Assembly: GCA_964252035.1 (NCBI GenBank)
Contig: OZ176211.1
DNA from: Podarcis erhardii
Taxonomy: Eukaryota
Length of the DNA stretch: 64,000 bases
Direction: 5' to 3' (one strand)
Below are positions 37,531 through 49,642 of this stretch, piece by piece (positions within the stretch are counted from its first letter, which is position 1; every line of letters begins with the position of its first letter). The position numbers were made by a program, and so were the translations under genes. The notes beneath the pieces were generated by a model. That model was not told the DNA's origin, ran no database searches, and saw nothing but the letters and a program-made list of their open reading frames with translations.

Positions 37531-38320
37531 TCAATGCTGTCTCTGAAAATTTTTACGCATCTCTCGGGAAGACAGGTGAATTAATGCCAGTGTACTGGAA
37601 GAAGCAAAGTTCACCAGTGATTCTTCAACATCAACTTTGTTGGACTGGTCATGTTGTGTGAATGCCTGTTTATCGTATTCCAAAGCAATTACAGTGGTAC
37701 CTCGGGTTAAGTACTTAATTCATTCCGGAGGTCCATTCTTAACCTGAAACTGTTCTTAACCTGAAGCACCACTTTAGCTAATGGGGCCTCCTGCTGCCGC
37801 CGTGCCGCCGGAGCACAATTTCTGTTCTCATCCTGAAGCAAAGTTCTCAACCCGAAGTAATATTTCTGGGTTAGTGGAGTCTGTAACCTGAAGCATATGT
37901 AATCTGAAGCGTATGTAACCTGAGGTACCACTGTACTCTATTCTGAACTTAAAAATGGAAAGCGAAATGCTGGTGGTCAACAAAAAGACTTGTCTCAAGG
38001 CAAATTTTAAAAAATGTAGTATAAACACCAACAATTGGGAAACACTGGCCCGTGAGTGCTCCAGTTGGAGAACAGCCTTTACCAAAGGTATCATGGGCTT
38101 TGAAAACACTTGAACTCAGGACGCAAGGGAGAAACGTGCTAAGAGGAAGGCACGCTTGGCAAATTCACACCATGATCAACTCCGCCCGGAAGCCAATGTC
38201 CCCACTGTGGAAGGACGTGTGGATCCAGAATTGGCCTCTACAGTCACTTACGGACTCACTGTTAAAACTGTGTTCATGGAAGACAATCTTACTCGGCTAC
38301 GAGTGATCACCAAAGAAGGA
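37531..38320 (+). mobile_element. RTE LINE 3' fragment split by a MITE
   Basis: WTGHVV...PKQLLYSELKNGKRNAGGQQK is rebuilt across the MITE. Confidence 0.82.
37692..37933 (-). mobile_element. Tc1/mariner MITE (family of 51-276)
   Basis: Same TIRs, TA TSD, reverse orientation. Confidence 0.92.
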
Positions 38321-39833
38321 GGAGGAGGCCCCACATGAACTGACACATCAAAGGAGGTACATTGCAGAAGTCCCATTGACTGCGCCTGACTATAGCGTTA
38401 AAGAAAGTCACATCTAGCCTGCTGCAAGGTAGGCCAATGTTGCTTCTTCACATTCCTGCTTCTGCCTATCACCCAGGGAACTTTAACTGATAAGCAAAGT
38501 TTTTCAGCTGGCTTCCTCTCCTGGTGTGGCTGCTTCAGTGTTGTTCCTTCTCCAGAGCTTCCACTCCTGTCTCCTCAGGAGTAAATTGTGGTCAGTTGCT
38601 GGCTGATGTTGACCCATGACAGGGTCTTTTCGGTGGTGGTTCCCCAATTGTAGAATGCCCTCCCTGGTAAGGTGTACCTGCCTCCTTCATTATTGACTTT
38701 CAGAAGAAGCTTAAAATCATTCCTGCTTACCCTTATTGATTTATTTCTGTAAAGACTAATTTTTCTGTGGGGACTGCCCAGGAGAACACTGACCTAAACT
38801 GATATCCCTCCCCACCCCAGCAATGCCCTTGGCCCTAAACAGTTACATGACAGGGCAAAGTTCAGCATGTGCATCTTTCTCTTGGCATGCAGTTGCTGTG
38901 CAGGAGAAAGATTTGCCAGCTGACTTCCTGCCTGTTTTTTTTTGTTTTGTTTTTAATAGCAGGGACAATTAAAGGCACAGGAGTCCTGCCAGGAAAAAGT
39001 TGGCAACCTACTGGTGTATGACACTCAATTAACCTCTATCCAAAAGCTGTGGCTTAACCAGGCCAGGGATCAAGTCAAATGAACTATGGATTGACTCAGA
39101 CTAAACCAGTCATGCTTTAGTCCTGTCCAGATCAGTGGGACAATTTAGCTGACCAGCTTAAGTGCCGTTGACATCAATAGGATTACAGCATGACCAACTC
39201 AGTGTAGATCCAATGCTATGATAATAATGTTTGTTGTCAACTTCTCTTTGCCTTGGGAAACCTGTCAATTAATCGTCCCTAGGGTGACCAACATAAAGAA
39301 TCCCACTAATTGGATTTTAATGACAAACTTCACTTTAGTCACACAGCAATTTTTGAAATCTAATTATCTCTTTAGGAGGACCACCCAATTCATTGCTTTT
39401 CTGCAATGTATTCTTTGCTCGCTCCTCACAAGCCTCTCCTTGTAATTTTGCTGTAAGGTATTTTCTTGTACAAGTGTGCATGAGTAATTAAAAGTGTGGC
39501 ATTCCACAGAGTACTGCTAGAGAAGACCTCTCGTATCTAATAAATTAACTATGTGAGATGTTAAAAAAAACAAAAACCCCAAACAAAGATGCATTGTATA
39601 TTTTGCACTTCAATCTTTTTCACATCGGCTTTCTGGTGAAGGAAGCCCATGAAGCTGGAGCCTGAGGTAAATTTACAGTGCAATGTTATACATCTCCACT
39701 CAGAAGTAAGTCCCATTCCGTTTATGTAAATGGCCTTTGGGGTGCAACATTTTTATACATGACCTCAACAGCTACTGCTGAGTTGTTTGTTTCTAAGTAG
39801 CTTTGGAACGCGGACTTTTCTTTTCCAAACTAT

Positions 39834-39835
<2 letters not shown>

Positions 39836-39877
<42 letters not shown>
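39836..39877. repeat. (TG)n microsatellite
   Basis: Direct observation. Confidence 0.98.
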
Positions 39878-39879
<2 letters not shown>

Positions 39880-40170
39880 CTAAATTAATGCACTCAACTG
39901 AAGACACTTCATCATACAGTGGTCTAGTTTTCATGTCATGCAAAACCAGAAGTGGCTTGCTTGATGGCTGTTTTGCCCCACTTCAACTCCTCTGGAAGTT
40001 GCATGCCCAATGGTGGGTGTGGTCAAAAGCGGGCATGACCACCCTGACTTACTGACCATCAAGCACATCTACCATGTCATCATGCCTGAGAAGGTGGAGC
40101 TGGTCACCAAATTCCCCTGATGCTGTTGCTCACATGTAGCTCTGGTTTCATTACTCTTTTTGCCTTTTTG

Positions 40171-40437
40171 GAGAGCCAGTGTGGTGTAGTGGTTAAGAGC
40201 AGTAGACTCGTAATCTGGTGAACCGGGTTCACTTCCCTGCTCCTCCACATGCAGCTGCTGGGTGAACTTGGGCTAGTCACACTTCTCTGAAGTCTCTCAG
40301 CCTCACTCACTTCACAGAGAGTTTGTTGTGGGGTTGAAGGGAAAGGAAAATGTTAGCTGCTTTGAGACTCCTTCGTGTAGTGATAAAGCGGGATATCATA
40401 TCCAAACTCCTCCTCCTCCTCCTCCTCTTCTTCTTCT
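40171..40437 (+). mobile_element. Squam3-like SINE
   Basis: Third copy of the family. Confidence 0.85.
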
Positions 40438-40676
40438 CTGCCCAGAAATTTTTGCCATTGCTGCTCCACAGGCACCCTTGGTATCTTGACTGGGAGTGGA
40501 ATTATGGTGCTGCCTTTTAACAATGCTTTTTAAAAAAGACAGCATTGCCCTGTTGAGTGTGGTGGTTGAATTCACACTGAAATTGAGAATGCCTCGATTT
40601 TACTGAAGGCTTTAACATTGGGATTTTCCATAGGGCTATATTAAACTCTCTGAGCTCCTATATGGGTTGATAATTA

Positions 40677-42075
40677 CCGTATTTTCCCGTGTATAAGGTG
40701 ATATTCCCCCCCCCAATTTTTTAAGTTTAAAATTGGGGGTCGTCTTATACACAGAATGTCGCAATTCTGCCGCCATCCATATTCTCTCTCCCCCAGATTC
40801 CCCTCACTATTGGCTTCACGACAAACCCTCGTCTGGCACTCCCCCCCAGCAGCTCCCACTCAGGACATTGTCCCTTCCACCCGCAGCTGCCCTCTGGCTA
40901 CCCAGACCCCACATTTCCCAAGTGCATGCACTCAGGCAGCTCTGGCAGTCACAGCTTCTTGATCAGCATTTGCATGTGCTGGTGCTCATGGAGTAAATAT
41001 GGTACATACCGTAAATACTAAGACAAAAGTGCAACACAAAGGTGGGAGAGCTGGAGCTGCAGCTGCAGTAGAGTTACACTGAGCTGACAGGAGCAGCCAG
41101 CATTACACAGTTTGCCTCACTGTTTGATGTTTAAATATACGGTACTAAATATACTGGTTGTCAGGGGTTCAGGGAGAGAGGCGCAGATGAGGGAGGAGAC
41201 AGAGAGTGAGGGGGAAGGATTCCAGAGTGACGAGGAAGAGGATGACAATGACCCAAGATTGTCCATGAGTCCGTCCAGTGAATCGGAGGACTCCCAAAAG
41301 GGAGCCCCTCTGGTCAAGCCAAGGGGAGCTAGAGGGGGAAGCAGTCAGGAGCAGGGAAATGAAGGGGGAACCCCCAGTGGGAGTTGGAGAGCGAGACCGG
41401 CTGCTCCGCTGGAACGGAGTGAGGGGGGAGGAGTGACCAGTGTGTCAGAAGGAGCAGAACAGGAAGCAGAGAGGGGAAGGAGATCAGGGCAAAACGTCCT
41501 GCCGGAAGGGGAGGAAAGTAGTATCGAGGGCAGTGTAACTGTCGAAGGGAAGGTCAGGAGCAACGTACGCGCGCCAAGTTCAAAATGGGAGGCTCGCGGA
41601 AATGAAGAGAGTCCTGGGGAGGAGCCTGGTCCCAAAGCCCGAAGGAGGGGGGAGGAGGCGGCAGAGGATTCAGCCTCTGGAGAGTCCCGAAGGGAGAGAA
41701 CACAGGGGGGCAGAAAGACCCTGCGGAAAAGGAAAGCGAGAAAGAGGTGGACCAGTACAAGCCTCTTAAACTGGTGTAGAGGGGGGACCGACTCAGAGGG
41801 GACTTCAGCGGTCTAAGGGTAACAGACGTAGAGTCACGGAGCTCGGATGTGAAGCTAATAATGTTCTTCAATAAAAGCTTTTGTACATAAGCTGGAGCGG
41901 ACTTTGGTCTCTTGTGAGCTGGGACCACGGGTGACTCTGACACTGGTGTTTTGAATATTTAATAAAATATCAAAGTTGTTCTGTTTGGTGTTTAAAATAT
42001 TTATTTCTTAATTTGGGGCTCAAAAAATAGGGGTCGTCTTATACATGGGTGCGTCTTATGCACGGAAAAATACAG
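40677..42075. mobile_element. Non-autonomous TcMar (Tc2/pogo-like) element, interrupted by a solo LTR
   Basis: TIR CCGTATTTTCCCGTGTATAAG...CTTATGCACGGAAAAATACAG; TA flanks; subterminal GGGGTCGTCTTATAC repeats. Confidence 0.85.
41159..41942 (+). mobile_element. Solo LTR (784 bp) containing a long ORF
   Basis: TGTCAG...CTGACA ends; 5-bp TSD CTGGT at 41154-41158 and 41943-41947; AATAAA near 41870. Confidence 0.92.
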
Positions 42076-44090
42076 TAACTGCTGCTGTTCTCTGCTAGTT
42101 CTGATGTGGTCTTTAACCTTAGATCAGGTGATTAAGGTATTGAATTGCAAATAGCCATTTTGAAGGGAGTTATGTTTGGTCATTTGTTCCCAGCCAGAGT
42201 GGAAGTAAGATGGGATAAGGGTGCTCTTCTGGAGCTGCCTAGCCCCTTGGGGCTGGAAAAAGGCTAATGAAGGCTGGAATGGGGGAGAGACACAGTTTTG
42301 ATTTCTGGAAGAAGTAAAGTTATTTCTAAGATGCTGAACTTGTTCTGGGCATGTACAAGATCTTATGGAACTGTTTGGATACATCGTTTACTGTATTTTG
42401 TTCTGTTCTGAGGAAAGTTCTGTAAGTAAAGCTTTGAATCAAGCTTGTGGGTGGGCCTGGGCAATGTTTGCTTCCAAAAGGAGTCAGCTTTTATGCATCC
42501 AGTCGCTTCTAGCTATGCAGTCTTAAGATCTGCAATATGCCCTCACTCTTAACTGGCTTCAGAACACGGCTGCTTGAAACTAAATGCTTCCTGCCCTTGC
42601 TCCAAGGGGTTCCTGGAGAACAGAAGTGTTGGCCGGGTGTTGTTATGAAGCAGCCAGAGCCTTAAAATAAATAAGGAGCATGGGTGGGTGGGCAACATTT
42701 GCCCTCCTTCAGTAACTGCCCAAAGTTTGAGTTAAAACACGTTAGTTGCAAGCGTGCAGAAATGCCCTCCTTATTTTCCTTTCTGAAGTGGCAGAGAGTC
42801 TGCCTTTTTTTACTTCCACATTTCACAGATGGGGATTGGTCTTCTTGCTTGCTCTGGTATCCGTCTGACTTCTTCGCTTGCAGGCAATAAAAGTCACCCG
42901 TTGTCCCTCCACTTTCTCCAGCCATTCCTCCTCCTGGGGCGAGAGCTGCCTGCTGTGGAAGATCTAGGAAAAGTATTGCTGTGATAATCAGAATCTGGCG
43001 CTCGAGGGACTAAGTGCTACATTGCTGGGATGTCATTGAGGGAGTGAGGCTGGGTCTTATTTGACTCTAGCAAGAGGTGAATTGAGCCTTGATCAGGGAG
43101 AACAATTTTAACACATTTGGCTGCATGCACACTGTCTTTTATCTGCGGAAGGTTTTGACTGTAACAGGAAAAATGAGCATGTTATTCCTGTAGCGCATGT
43201 TTCTGAGCTCATTTATCAATGGAATGAGAAAAGTTGCAGAAATGGTAAGAAAAGGAAAAGGAAAGTTATAATACCCAAATCAGGCTTCTGCAATGTGTGA
43301 CCCACTGAGGACTGTGCCCTACCAAGGCTTCATTTATCCCTCTGAGGTTTTTTCCGCTGACCACCCAAGGCTGCAACAGCAGAGAAATTATTATTGTTGT
43401 TGTTGTTATTACTACATTTCTACCCCCACTTTTCCTCCAAGGGTCTCAAGTTGGCATACATGGTTCTTCCCCATCTCACTTAATCCCTCACAACCACCCT
43501 GTGAGGTAGATTAGGCTGAGAGGCAGCGACTGGTCCAAAATCACACCCAGTGAGCTTCAGGGCCAAGTGGGGATTCGAACCCTGATCTCCTAGGTCCTAG
43601 TCAGGCACTCTGACCACTGCACCACACAGGCTCAGGCTGTCAAGCGCATGACAACTGGCTAGTGTTGCTACAGATTTTGCAAGGCTGCATTGAATCAAGT
43701 GACTTGGGACTGAGCCAGTCCACACCCCCTCTCTGTAGGCCACACCCCTTGCTGGCTCTGCCAGCGTTTTTGTCCAGCAATAACTTTTGCTTCTCTGCCT
43801 AGAGAGCAGTATGTGGGTAGAAAACAGCTTGTTGTACAAAGGTAAAATTTACATTCACCGGTCTGCCCTGGCCCCTCCACCCTTGACCTTGGGTTGAAAA
43901 TTGTTCCCTATCACTGATTTTAACCCAAAGCAATTCACAGTCTGATTCTCTCAGCCAGGCGCAGTCAAACTGGTCCTCTCTGTATGTTTTGCACTCCTTC
44001 ATTTGCAGCCATAGGCTTTGCAGGTTGTTCTGTGTCACAGGAGCACGTCAGTCAGTATTCACAAAGATCAAAGGTGGAGTTAGCTCTTTA

Positions 44091-44316
44091 CAGTGGTACC
44101 TCGGGTTACATACGCTTCAGGTTACACACTCCGCTAACCCATAAATAGCGCTTCAGGTTAAGAACTTTGCTTCAGGATAAGAACAGAAATCATGCTCTGG
44201 CTGCGCGGCAGCAGCAGGAGGCCCCATTAGCTAAAGTGGTGCTTCAGGTTAAGAACAGTTTCAGGTTAAGAATGGACCTCGGGAACGAATTAAGTACTTA
44301 ACCTGAGGTACCACTG
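44091..44316 (+). mobile_element. Tc1/mariner MITE (family of 51-276)
   Basis: TIRs and TA TSD. Confidence 0.92.
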
Positions 44317-44354
44317 TATTAGCAAAAACGTGACCTCCACAGACTTGGTTGGAT

Positions 44355-44847
44355 TGTCAGGCCTAATGAGAACAGCAGCTCATGCCCAGTGGTCTTCCTC
44401 CATGAAAATCATTTGCCAAGACTGAACATTCCCACCTCCTCACCAGAGCTTTCCCCAAGCAATTGGAGACTGAACCTGTATGCAGCCAACCTCTCCTCCA
44501 CCCTCTTCATGTCTCTTCTGGTTCTGGAGACAAGCAAGGATGGGAGCTTGTCATAGCAGAAGCGGGGAAGACATCTGTGACTCTTCACCAGCCTGACTCA
44601 TCTCTGCCTCTTCATCCCACTCTCTGGTTTCAGCTTCTGCCTCTGATTCTGGTCTTCTCACTGCCACCAACTCTTCCAGCTCACTAAGCCCTTTTAGCTC
44701 TTTAGCTTCTTTCTCCCAATCTTCTCTCTCTACCCCCTCCCTCCATCATTGTCCCACCACTACTCCCCAGGCTCTGAGCCTTCTTCCCTTGGTGGTTCTC
44801 CAGCTGGAACCTCCCACCATTCCTCTGTGTCCAACCAGTCCATGACA
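44355..44847 (-). mobile_element. Solo LTR (MDWLD subfamily)
   Basis: TGTCATGGACTGGTTGGAC start and ...GCCTGACA end, like the LTR at 25295; no TSD match. Confidence 0.7.
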
Positions 44848-45686
44848 TTCTGCTAAGGCACTTTGTCCTTGCAAGTTAGCGGCAGCTCCCCCTCCCACAT
44901 CCTAGCCTGGTATAACAGCTGCCTTCAGTTCAGCTGCATTGCGATCCCTCTCACCCTGGGGCCATGTAAAATTCACTGCACCACAATCAGAGGCAAGGAT
45001 GCTTCTGAATATCAGTTGCTGGAAGCCACAGGTAGGCAGAGGAATGCTTGCACCCAAGTCCTGCTTGCAGGTTTCCCATAGGCATCTGGTTGGCCAGATG
45101 CTGGACTAGATGGGCCATTGGCCTGATCCAGCAAGCCTCTTCTTCTCTTCTGGCAAGGAAGGACCAGTTGCCCACCATCTGCTATTATGAAGGATTTTAT
45201 GAAGCTTTTTTGCCTGTTTCATAACAGCCACAAAACCGAGCCATAACATAAAGCAAGGAAGAGGATAGAGAAGCTTCCTTGGCATGGCACTGTGCTCTGG
45301 TTGCAGATGAGCAAGCCACTGCAGCAGCTTAGAGTGATACATTGGGTCATTGTGGCTTCCATTGTCATTTAACTCAATGAAGCGAAATCGGCATAAAGTT
45401 ACAATTCCAAGGAGACGCAGTAGGGAGTAAGCCCCATTGAACTCAGGCTGGGTTTACTTCTCTCGGTAAACATGGTGGGATTGAGCTGTCAGTTGTACCG
45501 TTTTACTTCATTGGGTTGTGGATCGGGCTGTCTCTTATTACAAAATAAAACAGTATATTCTTGGTCTTCTTAGGTGGTAAATGCTAATTGTGTGGATTAA
45601 AGAGGCGGCAAGAGGGCACAGCTTGTATAATGATATCACACTTACAACCTTTAAAGATTCTTATCTTAGGTATGCAGATTTCCCTG

Positions 45687-45836
45687 CATAGAACCATAGA
45701 ATTGCAGAGTTGGAAGGGACCATGAGGGTTATCAAGTCCAACCCCCTGCAATGCAGGAATCTTTTTGTCCAACGTGGGTCTCAAACCCATGACCCTGAGA
45801 TTGAATGTCTCATGATCTACCAACTGAGCCATCCCA
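45687..45836 (-). mobile_element. tRNA plus CR1-tail SINE (POM-SINE-like)
   Basis: tRNA head plus GGACTTGATAACCC...CCAACTCTGCAATTCTATG tail; + strand copy at 49507-49642. Confidence 0.8.
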
Positions 45837-46194
45837 TATGCTCTAGATAAAAGTTGCTTGTTCAACAGGCATACACCTGGTAGTCATCTTTGATGATAGG
45901 ATAGGCCTGGTTTGGGAGCTCCAGTTGGTGCAGAATGATGCAACCAGACTGCCGTTGGGGGCGCATGGCCAACAGAGTATGTGGCACCGTTGTTGAAACA
46001 TCTATACTGGCTACCCATCTACTGGTAGTATCATGGTTTTGCTGAATTGTATTCATTTTATTGATTAATTTATTGCTGTTTGCTTTATGTAGATATTATT
46101 GTGATTATTGTGAGCTGCTTCGAACTCAATGTTTGTTGTTGGAAAAGTGGAATACAAATATTAAATCAAAATCAAACCAAAATCCTGTGGAAGT

Positions 46195-46650
46195 GAGTTC
46201 CATAGTTTACCTAAACGCTGAGTGAAGAAGTACTTCCTTTTATCTGTTTGGAATCTTGTTCAACTTTGTTAGATGTCTATGAGTTCCTGTATTATGAGAG
46301 AGGGCAACAAAACTTTTCTCTATCTACTTTCTCCATGCCATGCATAATTCCATAAACTTCTAACATGTCACCTCTTTCTTAACTAAAAAGTCCCAGATGC
46401 TGAAACCTTTCTTCAGAACATTGTCACTCCATCCCCTTTATCATTTTGGCTGCCCTTTTCTGAACATTTTCCAACACCACAATATCCTTTTTGAGGTGAG
46501 GCAACCAGAACAGTAGACAGTATTCTAAATACACTTGCACCATAGATTAGTATAACAGCATTATGATGCCATCGGTCTTGTTTTCAATTCCTTTCCCAAT
46601 GATCCCCAGCATGGAATTTGCCTTTCTCACAGCTGCTACACTCTGGGATC
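46195..46650 (-). mobile_element. CR1 LINE ORF2 fragment
   Basis: Degenerate RT C-terminal region (TTTTAGTTAAGAAAGAGGTGACATG; GTCTACTGTTCTGG). Confidence 0.75.
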
Positions 46651-46779
46651 AGCATCTCCATTGAGCTATCTGCTACAACGCCAGAGTCCCACTTCTGGTC
46701 AGTCATGAGTCACAACCAGCTCAGACCCCATGAGCACTTTTTCCCCCCATTAGAACAGGGCACTTGGGTGGGACTACAG

Positions 46780-46940
46780 CAAGCCCTGTTACCTTTTCAG
46801 CTTCTGACACCTCTTCTTCCCAGTCTTCTGCCTCTGACCACTCATACTTGTCCCACCACCATCACTCTGAGCCTTTCCCCCTTGATGGTTCCCCAGCTGG
46901 TTCTTCCCACCACTCTTCTGCGTCCAACCAGTCCATAACA
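46780..46940 (-). mobile_element. Truncated LTR (MDWLD subfamily)
   Basis: TGTTATGGACTGGTTGGAC start; colinear with the 44847 end. Confidence 0.7.
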
Positions 46941-48718
46941 TCTCCTTGCTTACAACCATTCAAACATTAGCACAGTCAAGGTCAGTCTCATCCTCCTAAA
47001 TTTCACCATTGCCTTGATAAAACACAACAAGGAGATGGGTGGGGACAAAACCAGCATTAGTTGGATCTACCTATCATTGACTCCAGCTCTTCCTGCCATT
47101 GGCTTCATCTAATCTTGCCCGCCCTGCCTTCACCCAATGGGCAGCTGCCTCCCCTGGTGGTCAAGCATCCACTTTGCATGCTGAAGGTCCCTCATATCTC
47201 CAGGAATGGTTGGGACAGACCTTTGCCTAAAACCCTAGAGAGACATTGCTGTAGACACTGCTGTAAATGGACCCATTGTCTGATTCCAAGGCAACTTCCA
47301 AGTCTCCTCCGACCCTCCTGTCCTTCTGTGTTAAGATATAAGACACTTTCCATTTAAACCTGCATTTCTTCAGTAATAGAGGCAGACTCCAGGTGTTTTT
47401 TTTTGCTCACTTCCCAAGATTGGTTCCCCCCCTCCCCACCACAAAAGGATAGGAATGAAAAGTTACTCTAGATTTTCACACAACTTAACTTCCCAGCTGC
47501 TTCGTTGTTGTGATTCTCCCTTGAAGTCAATGAAGCTAAACTGATTTAAATCTGGTCTGTAGTTCTGAATTATACAGATTGTCTCATTCCCCCTACTTTT
47601 TGAGCTCACTTCAGAGACCAATTTAAATCAGAATGCCTGGAACGATATAGGCACACTTCAGCAGTAAGTTCCATTGCAATCACTGAAGCTTACTTCCAAG
47701 TAAACACCCCTGCTCTCCAATTCCAAAGCTAGGCAAACACATTTTTTAAAAAAGGTTTCCAAAAGGCATCTCCATTTTCTCCATTGGAGGGGGAAATGGC
47801 ATGGGTGATAGGGCACACATCTCTTCATTTAAATCTGAGGTGCGGAACTTGCAGCCCTCTGATTGTTAGACTCCAGATCCCATCAGCCCCAGCCCAATGA
47901 CCAATGGCTAGGGATGATGGGAGTTGTAGTCCAGCATTGCAACTGAACTTCTTGAATGCATAAGGCATTCAGGTGGATCAGGAGACCTCATCCAGCTTGC
48001 CAAGCTTTCCCTGGTGGCCCACTGGGCCCCCAAACCATTTTTTTTTGCAGGGATGAGTAGATTTATTGTGCTTTTCACCATAGCACTGGGCTGGGCAGAG
48101 ACGTTTCTGCCCAGTCCAGCACTATGATGGGGATGCAGATAATCATCCCACTCCACCATGACATTACATTATCTGATGGAGTGGGGGAAGGGACACTTGT
48201 CATTCTCCCTGATAGAGTGCTGCTGCAGCAGCAGAGTGGAGAAGAGGGAGATGGAGAGGAATTTTTTTCCCACTCCAGCACCCTAATGGGGAGGGACAGT
48301 TGTCCTGCATGCAGGTACCATTGTCTGCCTGCATGTGCACAATTGTCTGTCTGTCCATCTGTGCATTGTGTGTGTGTGAGGCTGAGTATGGGTCAATCAC
48401 ACCCACTTTGACAATGCTCTTCTTTGCTCTGGTCTTGCCCATGGTTGGCTTGTGGCTGTCAAAGGGTTGGCCAAGAGCAAATGTGGTCCTTGCGGAGGGG
48501 GGGGGGAGTTGGCTACTCCTGATTCAAATAGAATTCTGTGCTTGCCTTAACAATCCCATGCATGTGATGTTAAGAGAGCCAGGAAGATGTGAGGGTTACA
48601 GTGGGGGATGAGGACTGAAGAGACCAGGTTCAAATGACTACACCATGGTGATCTCTGGGGTGACCATGGGTCAGGCACCAGTTCCATGCCTAACCTCATC
48701 AGGTTGTTGTGAATATAG

Positions 48719-48768
48719 AAGGAAGGAAGGAAGGAAGGAAGGAAGGAGGGAAGGAAGGAAGGAAGGAA
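48719..48768. repeat. (GGAA)n microsatellite
   Basis: Direct observation. Confidence 0.97.
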
Positions 48769-49506
48769 GATTTTGGTGTGCTACCACAAATGTTCAAAAC
48801 ACTATGTTTCTGGTGGCATGTCAAAAGCTGAATTCAGCGCCTGGGTATAGCATGTACACAACCTGTCTGACACTGGCTGACACAATTAAAAGGATTGTAT
48901 TTTACTTTTAAGTCAATGACAAGCAGCCTACGCTTTTCTCACCATGAGGCAATGTCTGGCAACAATTCAGGTCAACAGCCAGTTTGAAATTGTGCCAAGA
49001 GCCATTTGACTCCTGTTGCCCCATTGGATGATTAAGAATTTTAGCTTTCATTCGAATCAATTTTCTAGTCCTCGTGATTCGTTCAGTAAGATTAAAAAGT
49101 GCCAGGAAGTACAGTATTTGCTTAAAAAAAACAACCATAGACACAATACAGAGCTATTGGTAATGGTCCTAGGAGAATGTATACAAATCACTCTAAGTAC
49201 CCAGGGAAATTTCTATATAAATATAATAGTAATCACTACGATATTTTACTGCAGGTGTGGAAACCTGTGGCAGGGAGTTCCAATATTGAGGGTGTGGACT
49301 AGGCAAGATCCCTTCTAACTCTAGGAATCTAAATAGGACCTTAAAAATGTTGCCTTGTGGAATGCTCCTGTTCTGGGTTCCAGCCACTTCATTCCATGGC
49401 CCCTCCCCAGCAGTCAGCCAGCCAGCATTTAGTGACCACTGAGCATGCTCAGTCCACATGTGGCTGTTTTGGGAGAGTTCCCTCTCCCTTTTTTTCTTCC
49501 CCTCCT

Positions 49507-49642
49507 ATAGCTCAGTCAGTAGAGCATGAGACTCTTAACCTTAGGGTTGTGGGTTTGAGCCCTAGACTGGACAAAACAACCACCACCTCCAAGGGATTGG
49601 ATGACCCTCGTGATCCCTTCCAACTCTACAATTCTATGATCT
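49507..49642 (+). mobile_element. tRNA(Lys)-like plus CR1-tail SINE
   Basis: TAGCTCAGTCAGTAGAGCATGAGACTCTTAA head; CCCTTCCAACTCTACAATTCTATGA tail. Confidence 0.82.
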
